Positions 1 to 9,154 of a DNA stretch of 64,000 nucleotides are shown here, in pieces. Numbering within the stretch: the stretch's first letter is position 1; the number at the start of each line of letters is the position of its first letter. The DNA lies in the NCBI GenBank assembly GCA_035317605.1, contig DATHGT010000133.1, positions 5,452-69,451 of the forward strand. The letters are read 5' to 3'. The notes beneath the pieces are model-generated. The model worked only from the letters and a program-made list of their open reading frames with translations. It had not been told where the DNA came from and did no database searches. The position numbers and the translations under genes were made by a program. The DNA is from Candidatus Acidiferrum sp. GTDB lineage: Bacteria; Methylomirabilota; Methylomirabilia; Rokubacteriales; CSP1-6.

Positions 1-435
1 GAAGCGTCCGTTGAGGAGTTCGGCGACGATCGCCACGTGGCCGACGTTGGGGAGCGAGGCCACCACGTAGCCGTCGGGCGCCAGCAACGGCCGCAGGGCC
101 GCGAGCGCTCGGCCGGGATCGCGCAGGTGTTCGAGCACGTCGGCGCAGACGATGACGTCGAACCGCTCGGCGCCCAGCGCCGCCGCGAAATCGAGCGCGT
201 CGATGTCGGCCACGATCACCCGGCCGCAGGCCGCCCGCGCCCGCTCCGCCGCCTCGGGATCGCACTCGATGCCCACGACCGTGCAGCCGAAGCGCTCGAC
301 CAGAACCTGTGACATGTATCCGCTGGCGCACCCCAGCTCGAGGACGCGCTTGCCCGCGCCGACCAGATGGAGCACGCGACGGTGCGCGTTGTCGGCGTCG
401 AGATCGATGCGGTGTTCGTACTTGAGCGGCGTCAT
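1..435 (-). CDS. class I SAM-dependent methyltransferase (start inside window, 3' end runs off the window start)
   Basis: Not in the ORF track because it has no in-window stop. Minus-strand translation from ATG 435..433 reads MTPLKYEHRIDLDADNAHRRVLHLVGAGKRVLELGCASGYMSQVLVERFGCTVVGIECDPEAAERA...DVIVCADVLEHLRDPGRALAALRPLLAPDGYVVASLPNV. It shows a Gly-rich SAM motif I (VLELGCASG) and the acidic/hydrophobic downstream motifs of Methyltransf_11/23-type enzymes. The ATG lies 2 nt after the TGA of the upstream gene. Confidence 0.6.
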   Translation of the reverse strand, partial: MTPLKYEHRIDLDADNAHRRVLHLVGAGKRVLELGCASGYMSQVLVERFGCTVVGIECDPEAAERARAACGRVIVADIDALDFAAALGAERFDVIVCADVLEHLRDPGRALAALRPLLAPDGYVVASLPNVGHVAIVAELLNGRF

Positions 436-437
436 GC

Positions 438-1253
438 TCAGCCGCGAGCACCCTCCATCGTGCACACGAACACGCCCCGTCCCTGGCGCTCGAAGCCTTC
501 GGCGGTCTTCGTACCGGGGGGCGGCGCCCACACGATGCCCTGGAACGTCACCTCGGCGAAGCCGGCGGCACGGACCATCCGCTCGACACAGGCCGGCCCG
601 TAGATCCACCAATTGGTGGTATCTCCGCAGTACGGGCCCTCGATGAACCAGGCGTACTCCGAGGCCGCGGGGTCGGTAAGCACCTCGGTCTCGAGGTACA
701 TGGTCCGCCGGGTGATCTTCGCCATCTTGGCGAGCATGTCGAGCGGGTTCTGCAGGTGATAGAGGAGTCCGGTGTTGAGCACGACGTCGAAGGGTGGCAG
801 GTCGGTGAGGGCGGCGTGTCCGTCCTGCAATCGAAACTCGACGTCGACGGCCAGGATCTCCCGAATCAACTGCGCCTGGCGGAAGTAGTGCGGCAACGTC
901 TCCAGGCCGAGCACCGATCGGGCCCCGCGCAGCGCGGCCACGAACGAGTAGAACCCGGCGTTGCAACCCACGTCGAGCACGGTCTGGCCCGTGAAGTCCC
1001 GCGGGAACCCGTGCTGGTCGAGCACGGCGAGGGCCCCATGGCACGGGTGGATGCCCGGCGTCTCCAGGCGCTGGCCGGCCGCGTCCTCGATGGTCAGACG
1101 ATGATAGTAGTCGACGCCGCGGCACTCCTCGATGCGCTGCGCGTACCGCCGAAACTCGTCGGGCGAGAGCGCACGGCCGAGCAGGAAACGGTCGGGCGCG
1201 AGGCTCACCGCCCTACTCGCCACCGCGGGCACGGCGACGGCGTCCGACCTCAT
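438..1253 (-). CDS. SAM-dependent methyltransferase, CmoB/DUF1698-like fold (paralog A)
   Basis: 271-aa ORF with motif TVLDVGCNAGFYSF and an NWWIYGP block. About 65% identical in protein to the plus-strand ORF 3466..4284. Its stop overlaps the wzt start region. Confidence 0.7.
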   Translation of the reverse strand: MRSDAVAVPAVASRAVSLAPDRFLLGRALSPDEFRRYAQRIEECRGVDYYHRLTIEDAAGQRLETPGIHPCHGALAVLDQHGFPRDFTGQTVLDVGCNAGFYSFVAALRGARSVLGLETLPHYFRQAQLIREILAVDVEFRLQDGHAALTDLPPFDVVLNTGLLYHLQNPLDMLAKMAKITRRTMYLETEVLTDPAASEYAWFIEGPYCGDTTNWWIYGPACVERMVRAAGFAEVTFQGIVWAPPPGTKTAEGFERQGRGVFVCTMEGARG

Positions 1254-2536
1254 GTGTGCAGGGTAATTTGCACGGGCAGCCAGACCTTGGTGTGGATCAT
1301 CCGGCCGTCGGTGGGAGGCAGGACTTCGAACACCAGGGCGTTGTCCACCCAGTCGAAGAAGGTCGCGGAGTAACGGTTGTACGCCAGTGCCGTTGTCACG
1401 CTGTACGTCCCGGGCGCGAGCGGAAGCCGATGTCGGTAATCTACCACAATCGTCTCACCGGCCCGGCGTGACGGGATGGGGGCGTGGTCCTCGTACGTGT
1501 TCGTCCCGATGATGTTGGTGCCGGTTTTGTCACGGACCAGGTAGCCCAGGATGCACTCGGCAACGTCCTGGTAGAACTCGACGTGGACCCGCAGGACGAT
1601 CTCCGCGTCGAAATCGGCCGCGGCCAGCGGCCGCAGGTTTCCGTTCAGCAGCTCGACGTTCCGGATCCGTGCGGCCCCCGTCCCATGGCGAAACAACCCG
1701 GCCCGCTGGTCGAAGGTTGCATCCGGACGAAAGACACTCGCGGTGGGGGCGAGGGCGGGCGCGGCCAGCGGCGCCGTCGCCGGCCCCGGGGACCGGGTCT
1801 CCAGGCTCGCGATATGGGCGTGGTAGAGGTTGGCGACGTCGGCTGGGTCGCCGAAGGCACGGACCTCGCCAGCGTGCATGAAGAGCACTTCCGAGCACAG
1901 CGCCTGCACCGTGCCGATGTCGTGGCTCACGAAGACGATGGTCTTGCCCTGCTCCTGCAGCTCCTTGATGCGACGGATGCAGCGGTGCTGGAAGATCGCG
2001 TCGCCGACGGCGAGGGCCTCGTCGACCAGCAGCACGGCGGGGTCGACGTGAATGGCGGCGGCGAAGGCCAGGCGAACGAACATGCCGCTCGAGTACGTTT
2101 TCACGGGCTGGTCGAAGTAGTGACCGATCTCGGCGAAGGCCTCGATGGCCGGCACCCGCGCCCGCGTCTCCTCGGAGCGGAACCCGAGGATCGTGCCCTG
2201 CATCATGACGTTCTCCCGACCGGTGAACTCGGGGTTGAAGCCCGCCCCCAGCTCGAGCAGCGAAGCCACCCGGCCCTGCACGGCGACCCGGCCGTGGGTC
2301 GGCTGCACGATGCCGGCGACGACTTGCAGCAGCGTGCTCTTGCCGGAGCCGTTCATGCCGATGATGCCCAGCGTGGACCCGCCCCGGATCCGAAAATTGA
2401 CGTTGTGCAGGGCCCAGAAGTCCCGGTGATAGCGACGACGTCCGCGCCAGAGGGCCTCGTAGAGACGATGCCGCGGATGCGCGTAGATCCGGTAGATCTT
2501 GGACACGGCCTCGACGTCGACCGCGAAGGCGGACAT
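1250..2536 (-). CDS. wzt: polysaccharide/O-antigen ABC transporter ATP-binding protein Wzt with C-terminal carbohydrate-binding (Wzt_C-like) domain
   Basis: In the 1250..3364 track ORF the real start is ATG 2536..2534 (MSAFAVDVEAVSKIYR...), in a TGATG overlap with the wzm stop. It has Walker A GMNGSGKST, signature YSSGM and Walker B LLVDEA. After the NBD there is a roughly 170-aa beta-rich C-terminal extension, as in Wzt proteins that recognise a capped glycan terminus. The 276 upstream codons of the track ORF are Arg/Gly-rich read-through. Confidence 0.85.
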   Translation of the reverse strand: MSAFAVDVEAVSKIYRIYAHPRHRLYEALWRGRRRYHRDFWALHNVNFRIRGGSTLGIIGMNGSGKSTLLQVVAGIVQPTHGRVAVQGRVASLLELGAGFNPEFTGRENVMMQGTILGFRSEETRARVPAIEAFAEIGHYFDQPVKTYSSGMFVRLAFAAAIHVDPAVLLVDEALAVGDAIFQHRCIRRIKELQEQGKTIVFVSHDIGTVQALCSEVLFMHAGEVRAFGDPADVANLYHAHIASLETRSPGPATAPLAAPALAPTASVFRPDATFDQRAGLFRHGTGAARIRNVELLNGNLRPLAAADFDAEIVLRVHVEFYQDVAECILGYLVRDKTGTNIIGTNTYEDHAPIPSRRAGETIVVDYRHRLPLAPGTYSVTTALAYNRYSATFFDWVDNALVFEVLPPTDGRMIHTKVWLPVQITLHT

Positions 2537-3300
2537 CAGAGCACGTCGACGAAGGCGTGCTTCGAACGACCGAAGACCCAGTGGCCCCCCACGAAGCTGG
2601 CCACGGCCACCGCGGCGAGGACGAGCAGCTGCGGACCCAGCGGGAATCGCCCTTCCAGGATCACATCGCGATAGGCCTGGACGACGTAGTACATCGGGTT
2701 CAGGGCGAGCACCCACGCGTAACGGGCCGGCATCAAGTCCGCGGGGTAGAAGATCGGGGTCAGGAACATCCAGAGCGTCATGGCCAGCCCCAGCACCTGT
2801 CCCACGTCGCGCAGGAAGACGTTCAGGCTGGCCAACACCCAGCCGACACCCATGGTGAACAGGAACTGCAGCACCATCACCAGGGGCAACAGAGCCAGGC
2901 TCCACCCGACGCCCCGCGAGAACAGTCCCACCCCCACGAGCATGATCGCGAGCCCCACCAGCTCCATCAGGAGCGCCGAGATCACCACGTACGCGGGCAG
3001 GATCTCCGAGGGAAAGACCACCTTCTTGATCAGTGGCGCCTGCTCCACGATGACCGAAGCGGAGCGGGTGATCCCCTCCGCGAAGGCCAGCCAGGGCAGC
3101 ATGCCGCAAAAGAGGTACAGGGCGAAGCCACCGGTCGTCCCGCCGCCGAACCGGATCTTGAGCACGTACGCGAAGACAAAGGTGTAGAGGAGCAGGAGCG
3201 CGAGCGGCTGGATGATCGCCCACGACAGGCCCATGACCGAGGTGACGTACCGTCCACGGATGTCTCGCCGCACGAACGCCTCGATCGTGGCGCGGTGCAA
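2536..3300 (-). CDS. wzm: ABC-2 type polysaccharide exporter permease Wzm
   Basis: 254 aa with 6 predicted TM segments. The N-terminus RDIRGRYVTSVMGLSWAIIQPL is typical of ABC-2 permeases. It lies immediately upstream of wzt and is translationally coupled to it. Confidence 0.85.
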   Translation of the reverse strand: MHRATIEAFVRRDIRGRYVTSVMGLSWAIIQPLALLLLYTFVFAYVLKIRFGGGTTGGFALYLFCGMLPWLAFAEGITRSASVIVEQAPLIKKVVFPSEILPAYVVISALLMELVGLAIMLVGVGLFSRGVGWSLALLPLVMVLQFLFTMGVGWVLASLNVFLRDVGQVLGLAMTLWMFLTPIFYPADLMPARYAWVLALNPMYYVVQAYRDVILEGRFPLGPQLLVLAAVAVASFVGGHWVFGRSKHAFVDVL

Positions 3301-3465
3301 GACGAGAATTCGAAACGGGGCGATCAGGGCGCCGGCGAACGTCGCGATGGCCGCCCTCCGACACTGCTCACGCCTGGATCATACATGACGCTACGCGGCC
3401 CACGAACGAATCGTGCGCGCGCCGTCCCGGAACCGGCCCCGAGTGCGGTATAGTGACCGCGACAT
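3301..3465. promoter_or_regulatory. divergent intergenic region between wzm (-) and methyltransferase B (+); candidate promoters
   Basis: 165 bp non-coding. A TATAGT hexamer sits about 13 nt upstream of 3466. An inverted repeat CACGA-N5-TCGTG lies near 3400. Confidence 0.3.
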
Positions 3466-4284
3466 GTGCGTCAACCGCGGCCGCTCGACGCCGCTTGCTC
3501 GCGTACCGGCCGCCCCTCGACGATGACGGTGACGCTGACGCCCGACGCCATGGTGCTCGACCGGCGGCTCACCGCGGACGACTACGCGCGTTACCGCAGG
3601 CAGATCGACGAGCGGAAATCCTGGGGGTACTACCAGCGGCTGGTCATCGCCGACGCGGGCGGCCAGCGCCTGGAGACCCCGGGCAGCCACGCGTGTCTGG
3701 GCTCCCTCGCCCTGCTGGATCGTCACGGGTTCCCGAAGGACCTCGCGGGTCAGACCGTGCTCGACATCGGCTGTAACGCCGGCTTCTACTCCTTCGTGGC
3801 CAAGCTGCGCGGAGCGAAGTCCGTCCTCGGTCTCGACTCGCAGCCCCACTACGTCGAGCAGGCGCTGCTGATGAGGGAGATCCTCGGTCTCGACGTGGAA
3901 TTCCGCGTGAGCGACGGCCACGATCTCGACGCGAACGCCGGGACGTTCGACGTGGTGATCAACACCGGCGTCATCTATCACCTGCAGAATCCCATGGACT
4001 TCCTGGTCCGCGTGGCCCAGGTCACCCGGCACCTCATGTATCTCGAGAGCGAAACCCTGCTCGACCCCAAGATGTCCGAGTACGCGTGGTTCATCGAGAA
4101 GGAATACGGCCAGGATGCCTCGAACTGGTGGATCTACGGCCCGCGCTGCGTGGAACGGATGGCGCGGGCCGCCGGGTTTCGGCAGGCCGTGTTCCAGGGC
4201 TTCGTGTGGACGCCGCCACCCGGCATGAAGACGCCGGAGGGATTCGCGCGCCAAGGACGCGGCGCCTTCCTCTGCCAGAAGTGA
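3466..4284 (+). CDS. SAM-dependent methyltransferase, CmoB/DUF1698-like fold (paralog B)
   Basis: The protein aligns along its full length with paralog A (TVLDIGCNAGFYSF, NWWIYGP, FQGFVWTPPPG). The alternative internal start MTVTLTPD at 3523 matches paralog A's N-terminus better. The TGA at 4282..4284 overlaps the GTG of the next gene. Confidence 0.7.
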   Translation: MRQPRPLDAACSRTGRPSTMTVTLTPDAMVLDRRLTADDYARYRRQIDERKSWGYYQRLVIADAGGQRLETPGSHACLGSLALLDRHGFPKDLAGQTVLDIGCNAGFYSFVAKLRGAKSVLGLDSQPHYVEQALLMREILGLDVEFRVSDGHDLDANAGTFDVVINTGVIYHLQNPMDFLVRVAQVTRHLMYLESETLLDPKMSEYAWFIEKEYGQDASNWWIYGPRCVERMARAAGFRQAVFQGFVWTPPPGMKTPEGFARQGRGAFLCQK

Positions 4285-6236
4285 GCGTGGAGTCCGCGTC
4301 CGCTCGCGCGGACGACCCGTCGTCGTTCTCCCGCGACCCCGTCACCCTCGCCGTCGGCCTCGCCGCCTTCGGTGTCCTGGCCGGCGCGCTCGGCCTCGCC
4401 GGCCTCTCGCTCCGACCGGTCGAGGCCGTCATGGTCGCGGTGCTCATCGCCTTCTTCGTGGTCAGCGTGCTGCTCTCGCCGGCCAACGGACTCGTGCTCC
4501 TCTATCTCGTGCCCCCGCTCTTCAACGGAGAGGACGGGCGTCCGTACTTCTGGCTGCTCGAGGTGCTCGTCTACCTGACCGTGGTGGTGGGCATCGTCAT
4601 CCGTCTGCGGCACCGGCAACGGCTCGTCGTCCCTCACGGGGTTCTGCTCGCGATGCTCTTCGCCTCGACCGTGGTTTCGTTTCCCCTCAACCTCAGGGAG
4701 GTGTGGCTCCAGCTCCAGGTTTCGCCCTGGAGCGAGGTGCTGCAAGGCGTCCGCCGGGCCGATCTCTGGGACAACCTCTTCTACGTGCGCACCGTCCTCA
4801 ACGTCGCCAGTGGCATCGGGCTGTTCGTGCTGGTCGTGAACGAGCGGTGGCCCCGCGAGCGGATCGCGCGACTGGCCGCGTCCATCGGCCTCGTCTACCT
4901 CGCCACGACCGCCCTCGGGCTGTGGTGTCACTGGCGGCCGGCGTCCCCCGCGGGCGCGTTCGTCACGCTCTGGCTCGGGGGGCCCGTGTTGGAGGGCTTT
5001 CAGAGCGTCGGTTTCAACATGTCGTATTTCGCGCAATACGCGCTCACCTATCTTCCGCTCATGGCCCTGCCCCTGGCGCTGACGGACGTGGCACCTCGCT
5101 GGGGGGCCGCCGTCGCCCTGCTGAGCTTGATCGTCAGCGGCTACACGATTCCCGCGGCCCACCAGAGGACGGCCTACCTCTTGTTCGTGATGGAGGTGCT
5201 GCTGTTGGTCGCGGCCGCCGTGAACTGGCGGCGGGGCCGAGGGGGACGGGCCGTCCTGGTCGTGGGGATGGGGGCCCTCGTCTTCACCGTCGTCGGGCTC
5301 GTCGTCTTCACCCCACTTGGTCACGGCATCGTCGTGCACGTCAAGCAGTTGTGGTGGAACGGCGACCCCTATCGGGTCAAGGCCCTGTCCGTCACGTGGC
5401 GCATGTTCCGCGACGAGCCACTGCTCGGCATCGGCAGCGGTCGATTCGCGGGCGTCTTCTCCCAGTACGACCAGGAGCCCAGGATGCAATGGGGCTCGTT
5501 GTCAGCTCACAACATCTACGCGCAGTTCCTCGCCGAGCAGGGCGGGCTCGGCTTGGTGAGCTTCCTCCTGCTGGTCGGGGCCGTCGTGATCCCGGCGGTG
5601 CGCAGCGTCCGCCGAGGTGGCCAGGGGCAGACGGCTCTGGTCTTCTTGCTGATATCGATGGCGGGGTGGCTGGCGTATGGGTGCCTTCAGTACACGTTCC
5701 TCATGCGATCGATGCAGGGGTATTTCTGGATCACGCTGGGGCTCCTGCTCATCTTGTCCGAGCCCTGGCGTGGTCGGCCGATGTCGAAGCGGTGGCTCGC
5801 CGCGATCGTGGTGGCGGTTCTGGTGCTGGGGTCGCTGCGCGTCGACGCCGCGCTCCGCCGTCCCGTTCCCGTCGGCTACGCCTGGGGGCTGTATCCCGGC
5901 GAGCCGGGCCAGACCCTCTGGACGCGCGGGGGCGCCGTGTTCAATTTTCCCGCGAATGGGACCCTGCTGACCCTCGCCTTCAGTTTCCCGATGCCGCAGG
6001 TGATCCACCGCCACCCGCAGCGCGCCACCGTGATCGTCGACGGCCGGCCGTTTCGTCAGATCGTCTTCGACTCGCCGTGGACCTGGGAGGTGGTCGACAT
6101 TCCCATCGACAAGCCGCGCGGCGCCCCGGTCCTCGTCCAGGTGAGGGTGGCGCGGACCGTCGTGCCCGCGGCGCTCGGGATCAACACCGACACGCGCCCG
6201 CTCGGCGTCCTCATGAAGCCTCCGTCCTGGCGCTGA
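4281..6236 (+). CDS. O-antigen ligase/polymerase-family (Wzy_C domain) polytopic membrane protein with about 130-aa C-terminal periplasmic extension
   Basis: The track ORF 4086..6236 overlaps the upstream gene. A GTG at 4281 (GTGA overlap) or 4287 precedes the first TM segment (PVTLAVGLAAFGVLAGALGLAGL). There are about 12 TM segments and the Wzy_C/O-antigen-ligase signature LLGIGSGRFAGVFSQYD...SAHNIYAQFLAEQGGLGL. The C-terminal soluble domain ends ...VQVRVARTVVPAALGINTDTRPLGV. Confidence 0.65.
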   Translation: MSVESASARADDPSSFSRDPVTLAVGLAAFGVLAGALGLAGLSLRPVEAVMVAVLIAFFVVSVLLSPANGLVLLYLVPPLFNGEDGRPYFWLLEVLVYLTVVVGIVIRLRHRQRLVVPHGVLLAMLFASTVVSFPLNLREVWLQLQVSPWSEVLQGVRRADLWDNLFYVRTVLNVASGIGLFVLVVNERWPRERIARLAASIGLVYLATTALGLWCHWRPASPAGAFVTLWLGGPVLEGFQSVGFNMSYFAQYALTYLPLMALPLALTDVAPRWGAAVALLSLIVSGYTIPAAHQRTAYLLFVMEVLLLVAAAVNWRRGRGGRAVLVVGMGALVFTVVGLVVFTPLGHGIVVHVKQLWWNGDPYRVKALSVTWRMFRDEPLLGIGSGRFAGVFSQYDQEPRMQWGSLSAHNIYAQFLAEQGGLGLVSFLLLVGAVVIPAVRSVRRGGQGQTALVFLLISMAGWLAYGCLQYTFLMRSMQGYFWITLGLLLILSEPWRGRPMSKRWLAAIVVAVLVLGSLRVDAALRRPVPVGYAWGLYPGEPGQTLWTRGGAVFNFPANGTLLTLAFSFPMPQVIHRHPQRATVIVDGRPFRQIVFDSPWTWEVVDIPIDKPRGAPVLVQVRVARTVVPAALGINTDTRPLGVLMKPPSWR

Positions 6237-6267
6237 GCCGACGCCCGCGCCATCGTTCGTCGGTCCG

Positions 6268-7587
6268 CTAGCCGGGCAGATCGACGATTCGCCAGTCGCC
6301 CCAGGCGAGATCACGGATGGCGAACTGCCAGATCACCACGCGTGTCCCATCGAGCCGCCGCCAGCCGCGCGCCAGCTCGTTGGCGAGGACGAGACGGGAC
6401 AGATACGCGCCTCCGCCGGGTAGGCAGATCTTGTCGAGCGGACGAGCGAGCTCGACGCTGAGCGTCTCCGGCAGGCCGGCGGCGAGCGGGCGGCCGATCT
6501 GGTCTGTCCCGTACATCATGCAGAAGCTGTCGCCGAGCAGGAGCACGTCCGCCGAAGGTGTCGGCTGCCACAGGGCGCCCGCGTGATCGACGACCTGCCG
6601 TACGCGAAGCGTCAGCGGCGGGTACAGCATCTGGCCGAGTGGAAGATAGAGCAGGTTGACCAGGTCGAACTGGACGAGATGGGCCTCGGCCTCCTTCGTC
6701 CGATAGGCCTGCGGGCGCGGGGGCAGGCCGGCGGCCCGGCCGATGGTCCGCGCCAGGCCGGCCGCCACCACGCCCATCGTCTCCGGAAGCCAGTGCGTGT
6801 CGGCCCGCAAGTACGCGGGCGACGTTCGGGAGCGAGCATAGATGTCGGCCGACGGATCGAACACCTCGACGCGTTCGCGCGCGAGCGCTTCCCTGAACGC
6901 GGCGTACGACGGATTCTGCGGCACCGAGTCCCAGCGCGGGACGGATCGGAATCGCTCCGGATGGATCATGTCCTTGTCGGGCGTGGGCAGGAGGATCAGG
7001 TCGATGCCGCGCGCCGCGAGCTGGCGCCGAAAGCGGATGATCGCGGGGCGGGGATCGGGTTGCTGGAGGTCGTCGGTGCTCTTGGCGGCGGCCCTCCGCC
7101 GGGCCAGCACCTGGGGATCGAGAAACCCGGGGCCCATGACGTACTCGACCCCCATGCGGTCGAAGAGCCAGCGATGCTCGCCGACGTAGATGGTGTCGTT
7201 CCCCACGTCGAGGCGGCTGGTGATGATCGTCTGCGCCGTGGTCCGGACGACGTGGCCGACGACCGAGCCGCGTTCGAGCGCCGTCTCGAAGCGACGGAGT
7301 CGGGCCTCGGTCGGCACCCAGGCCAGCAACCGCCGGACGCGCCGACGGAGGTCCCGTCCGAAGGGAAGCACCTCCGCTTCGAGCATTTCCGGCGACGCCG
7401 CCTCGACCGCCGCCGCCGACGGCACGCGGAAACGCCCCAGCTCCGAGCAGGCCTGCACGAGGGGCACGATGAGGATGGTGAGGAGGAGCGCGCCCACCAG
7501 CATCCAGCGCACACCCCGCGAAAACGAGGTGTGCCCCAGCTCGGCCAAGGCTTGCTCTTCGCGACTGCGGGGGGCGTCACTCGTCAT
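6268..7587 (-). CDS. AlgX/AlgJ-like (SGNH/DHHW-type) periplasmic polysaccharide O-acetyltransferase partner protein
   Basis: 439 aa with an N-terminal TM anchor (WMLVGALLLTILIVPLV), the motif YLRADTHWLPETMG and a GDS-like block LLLGDSF. It lies directly downstream of the MBOAT gene in the same orientation, the classic two-component O-acetylation arrangement. Confidence 0.6.
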   Translation of the reverse strand: MTSDAPRSREEQALAELGHTSFSRGVRWMLVGALLLTILIVPLVQACSELGRFRVPSAAAVEAASPEMLEAEVLPFGRDLRRRVRRLLAWVPTEARLRRFETALERGSVVGHVVRTTAQTIITSRLDVGNDTIYVGEHRWLFDRMGVEYVMGPGFLDPQVLARRRAAAKSTDDLQQPDPRPAIIRFRRQLAARGIDLILLPTPDKDMIHPERFRSVPRWDSVPQNPSYAAFREALARERVEVFDPSADIYARSRTSPAYLRADTHWLPETMGVVAAGLARTIGRAAGLPPRPQAYRTKEAEAHLVQFDLVNLLYLPLGQMLYPPLTLRVRQVVDHAGALWQPTPSADVLLLGDSFCMMYGTDQIGRPLAAGLPETLSVELARPLDKICLPGGGAYLSRLVLANELARGWRRLDGTRVVIWQFAIRDLAWGDWRIVDLPG

Positions 7588-7630
7588 CGCCGCTGGCCCG
7601 GCCGTCCCGATCGCGCTCGGCTTGCCATGC

Positions 7631-9118
7631 TCAAAAGATGAAGTAGATAAACGGGTTGTAGGCCTGGGTGAACAGCACCACCAGGGCCAGCCACAGCACG
7701 GCCAGGCTGGCGCAGGCCCGCGGCCAGGTCAGGCGGCGGGTGAAGTCCCAGGCCTGCGGCGCGCTCCACACCACCACGGCCGCCAGGACGAACGTCCCCA
7801 CGTAGTACGGCTTGTACACCAGTCCCCGCAGCAGATCGGCCGCCTCCGAGGTCGTGGTCAGGCCGGCCATTGTTCTCAGATACGCGACCGCGTCGGGGAG
7901 GCTGGCGGCGCGGAAGAAGACCCAACCGACGAGCACGACGAGGAACGTCGCCATCCACTGGATCGGCGGCGCCCCCCATCGCCGTCCCCTGCCGGCGAGG
8001 GCGCCCCTGCCGGCGAGGGCGCGCTCGACGGCCAGGCAACCCCCGTGCAGGCCGCCCCAGACCAGGAAGTTCCAGGACGCCCCGTGCCACAACCCACCCA
8101 GCAGCATCGTCAGGATCAAGTTCACGTAGGTGCGCACGGGCCCCCGACGGTTTCCCCCGAGTGGGATGTAGAGATAGTCCCTGAGCCACGTCGACAGTGA
8201 GATGTGCCACCGCCGCCAGAACTCCGTGATCGAGCGGCTGCGATACGGCGAATCGAAATTCTTGGCGAAGACGAAGCCGAGCATGAGGCCGAGCCCGATC
8301 GCCATGTCGGAGTAACCGGAGAAGTCGAAGTAGATCTGAAAGGCATAGGCGACGGCCCCGTACCAGGCATCGAGGGCATGGGCGCTGGGCGCCGTGAAGA
8401 CGGTGTCGGCGATCTTGCCGCAGGGATTCGCCAGCAGCACCTTCTTGCCCATCCCCAGGCTGAACAGGGCCACGCCGCGGGCGAACTTGTCGACGGTGAG
8501 CGACCGTCCGGTCAGCTGCCCGGACAGGAACGAGAATTGGAGGATGGGACCGGCCACCAGGTGGGGAAACATCGAGACGAAGCAGGAGAAGTCGACGAAC
8601 CGGTCGAGGGCCCGCGCATGCCCGCGGTACACGTCGATGGTGTAGCTGAGCGACTGGAACGTGTAGAAGCTGATGCCGAGGGGCAACACGACGTGGAGCA
8701 CGCCCACCCAGGCCGCCCCCTCGAAGCCGAGCCCCCTGACCAGGGCATTGTAGTTGTCGATGCCGAAGTTGAAGTATTTGAAGAACCCCAGCACGAGCAG
8801 GTTCGACACGACGGAGACCACGATGGCCCCGTGCTGAAGCCTGCTCCGGGGCGTGCCCGGCGCCAGCGCGGGGGCCGGACGCGCCCTCGCCCACAGCCGC
8901 CAGTCGTCGTGAGCGACGACCAGGCTGGCCAGCCAGTCGATCGCGGTCGTCCCGAACATGAGGACGATGAAGAGCGGGTTGCTCCATCCGTAGAAGACGT
9001 AGCCGAGCAGGGCCAGCGACAGGTTGCGCATCCGCGGGTACAGCGCGCTCACCGAAAAATAGACCGCGAGCGCGATGGGAAGAAAGTAGAAGACGAAGAC
9101 CTGGGAGCTGAAGACCAT
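7631..9118 (-). CDS. MBOAT family membrane O-acyltransferase (AlgI/DltB/PatA-like)
   Basis: 495 aa. It carries FYTFQSLSYTIDVY, WRRWHISLSTWLRDYLYIPLGGNR and MLLGGLWHGASW, with the conserved His in the MBOAT core. It contains an in-frame 2x18-bp tandem duplication (ALAGRG-ALAGRG). Confidence 0.85.
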   Translation of the reverse strand: MVFSSQVFVFYFLPIALAVYFSVSALYPRMRNLSLALLGYVFYGWSNPLFIVLMFGTTAIDWLASLVVAHDDWRLWARARPAPALAPGTPRSRLQHGAIVVSVVSNLLVLGFFKYFNFGIDNYNALVRGLGFEGAAWVGVLHVVLPLGISFYTFQSLSYTIDVYRGHARALDRFVDFSCFVSMFPHLVAGPILQFSFLSGQLTGRSLTVDKFARGVALFSLGMGKKVLLANPCGKIADTVFTAPSAHALDAWYGAVAYAFQIYFDFSGYSDMAIGLGLMLGFVFAKNFDSPYRSRSITEFWRRWHISLSTWLRDYLYIPLGGNRRGPVRTYVNLILTMLLGGLWHGASWNFLVWGGLHGGCLAVERALAGRGALAGRGRRWGAPPIQWMATFLVVLVGWVFFRAASLPDAVAYLRTMAGLTTTSEAADLLRGLVYKPYYVGTFVLAAVVVWSAPQAWDFTRRLTWPRACASLAVLWLALVVLFTQAYNPFIYFIF

Positions 9119-9154
9119 CGATCAGGTCAACCCGGCCGGCCAGGGGTCCCGTGG

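Noticed and set aside
37-646. Plus-strand ORFs 37..312, 152..646, 367..603
   Set aside because: They are antisense to clear methyltransferase genes. Their Arg/Ala/Pro-rich low-complexity translations are typical of open frames in 70% GC DNA.
2537-3364. 276 extra N-terminal codons on the wzt track ORF (and similar extensions on about 15 other ORFs)
   Set aside because: The sequence is low-complexity and it overlaps the upstream gene in another frame. The true starts are fixed by conserved family N-termini and start-stop overlaps.
4134-6271. ORFs 4134..5489 (-), 4703..6271 (+), 5502..6314 (-)
   Set aside because: These are alternative frames of the ligase-family gene. They are low-complexity, with no motifs.
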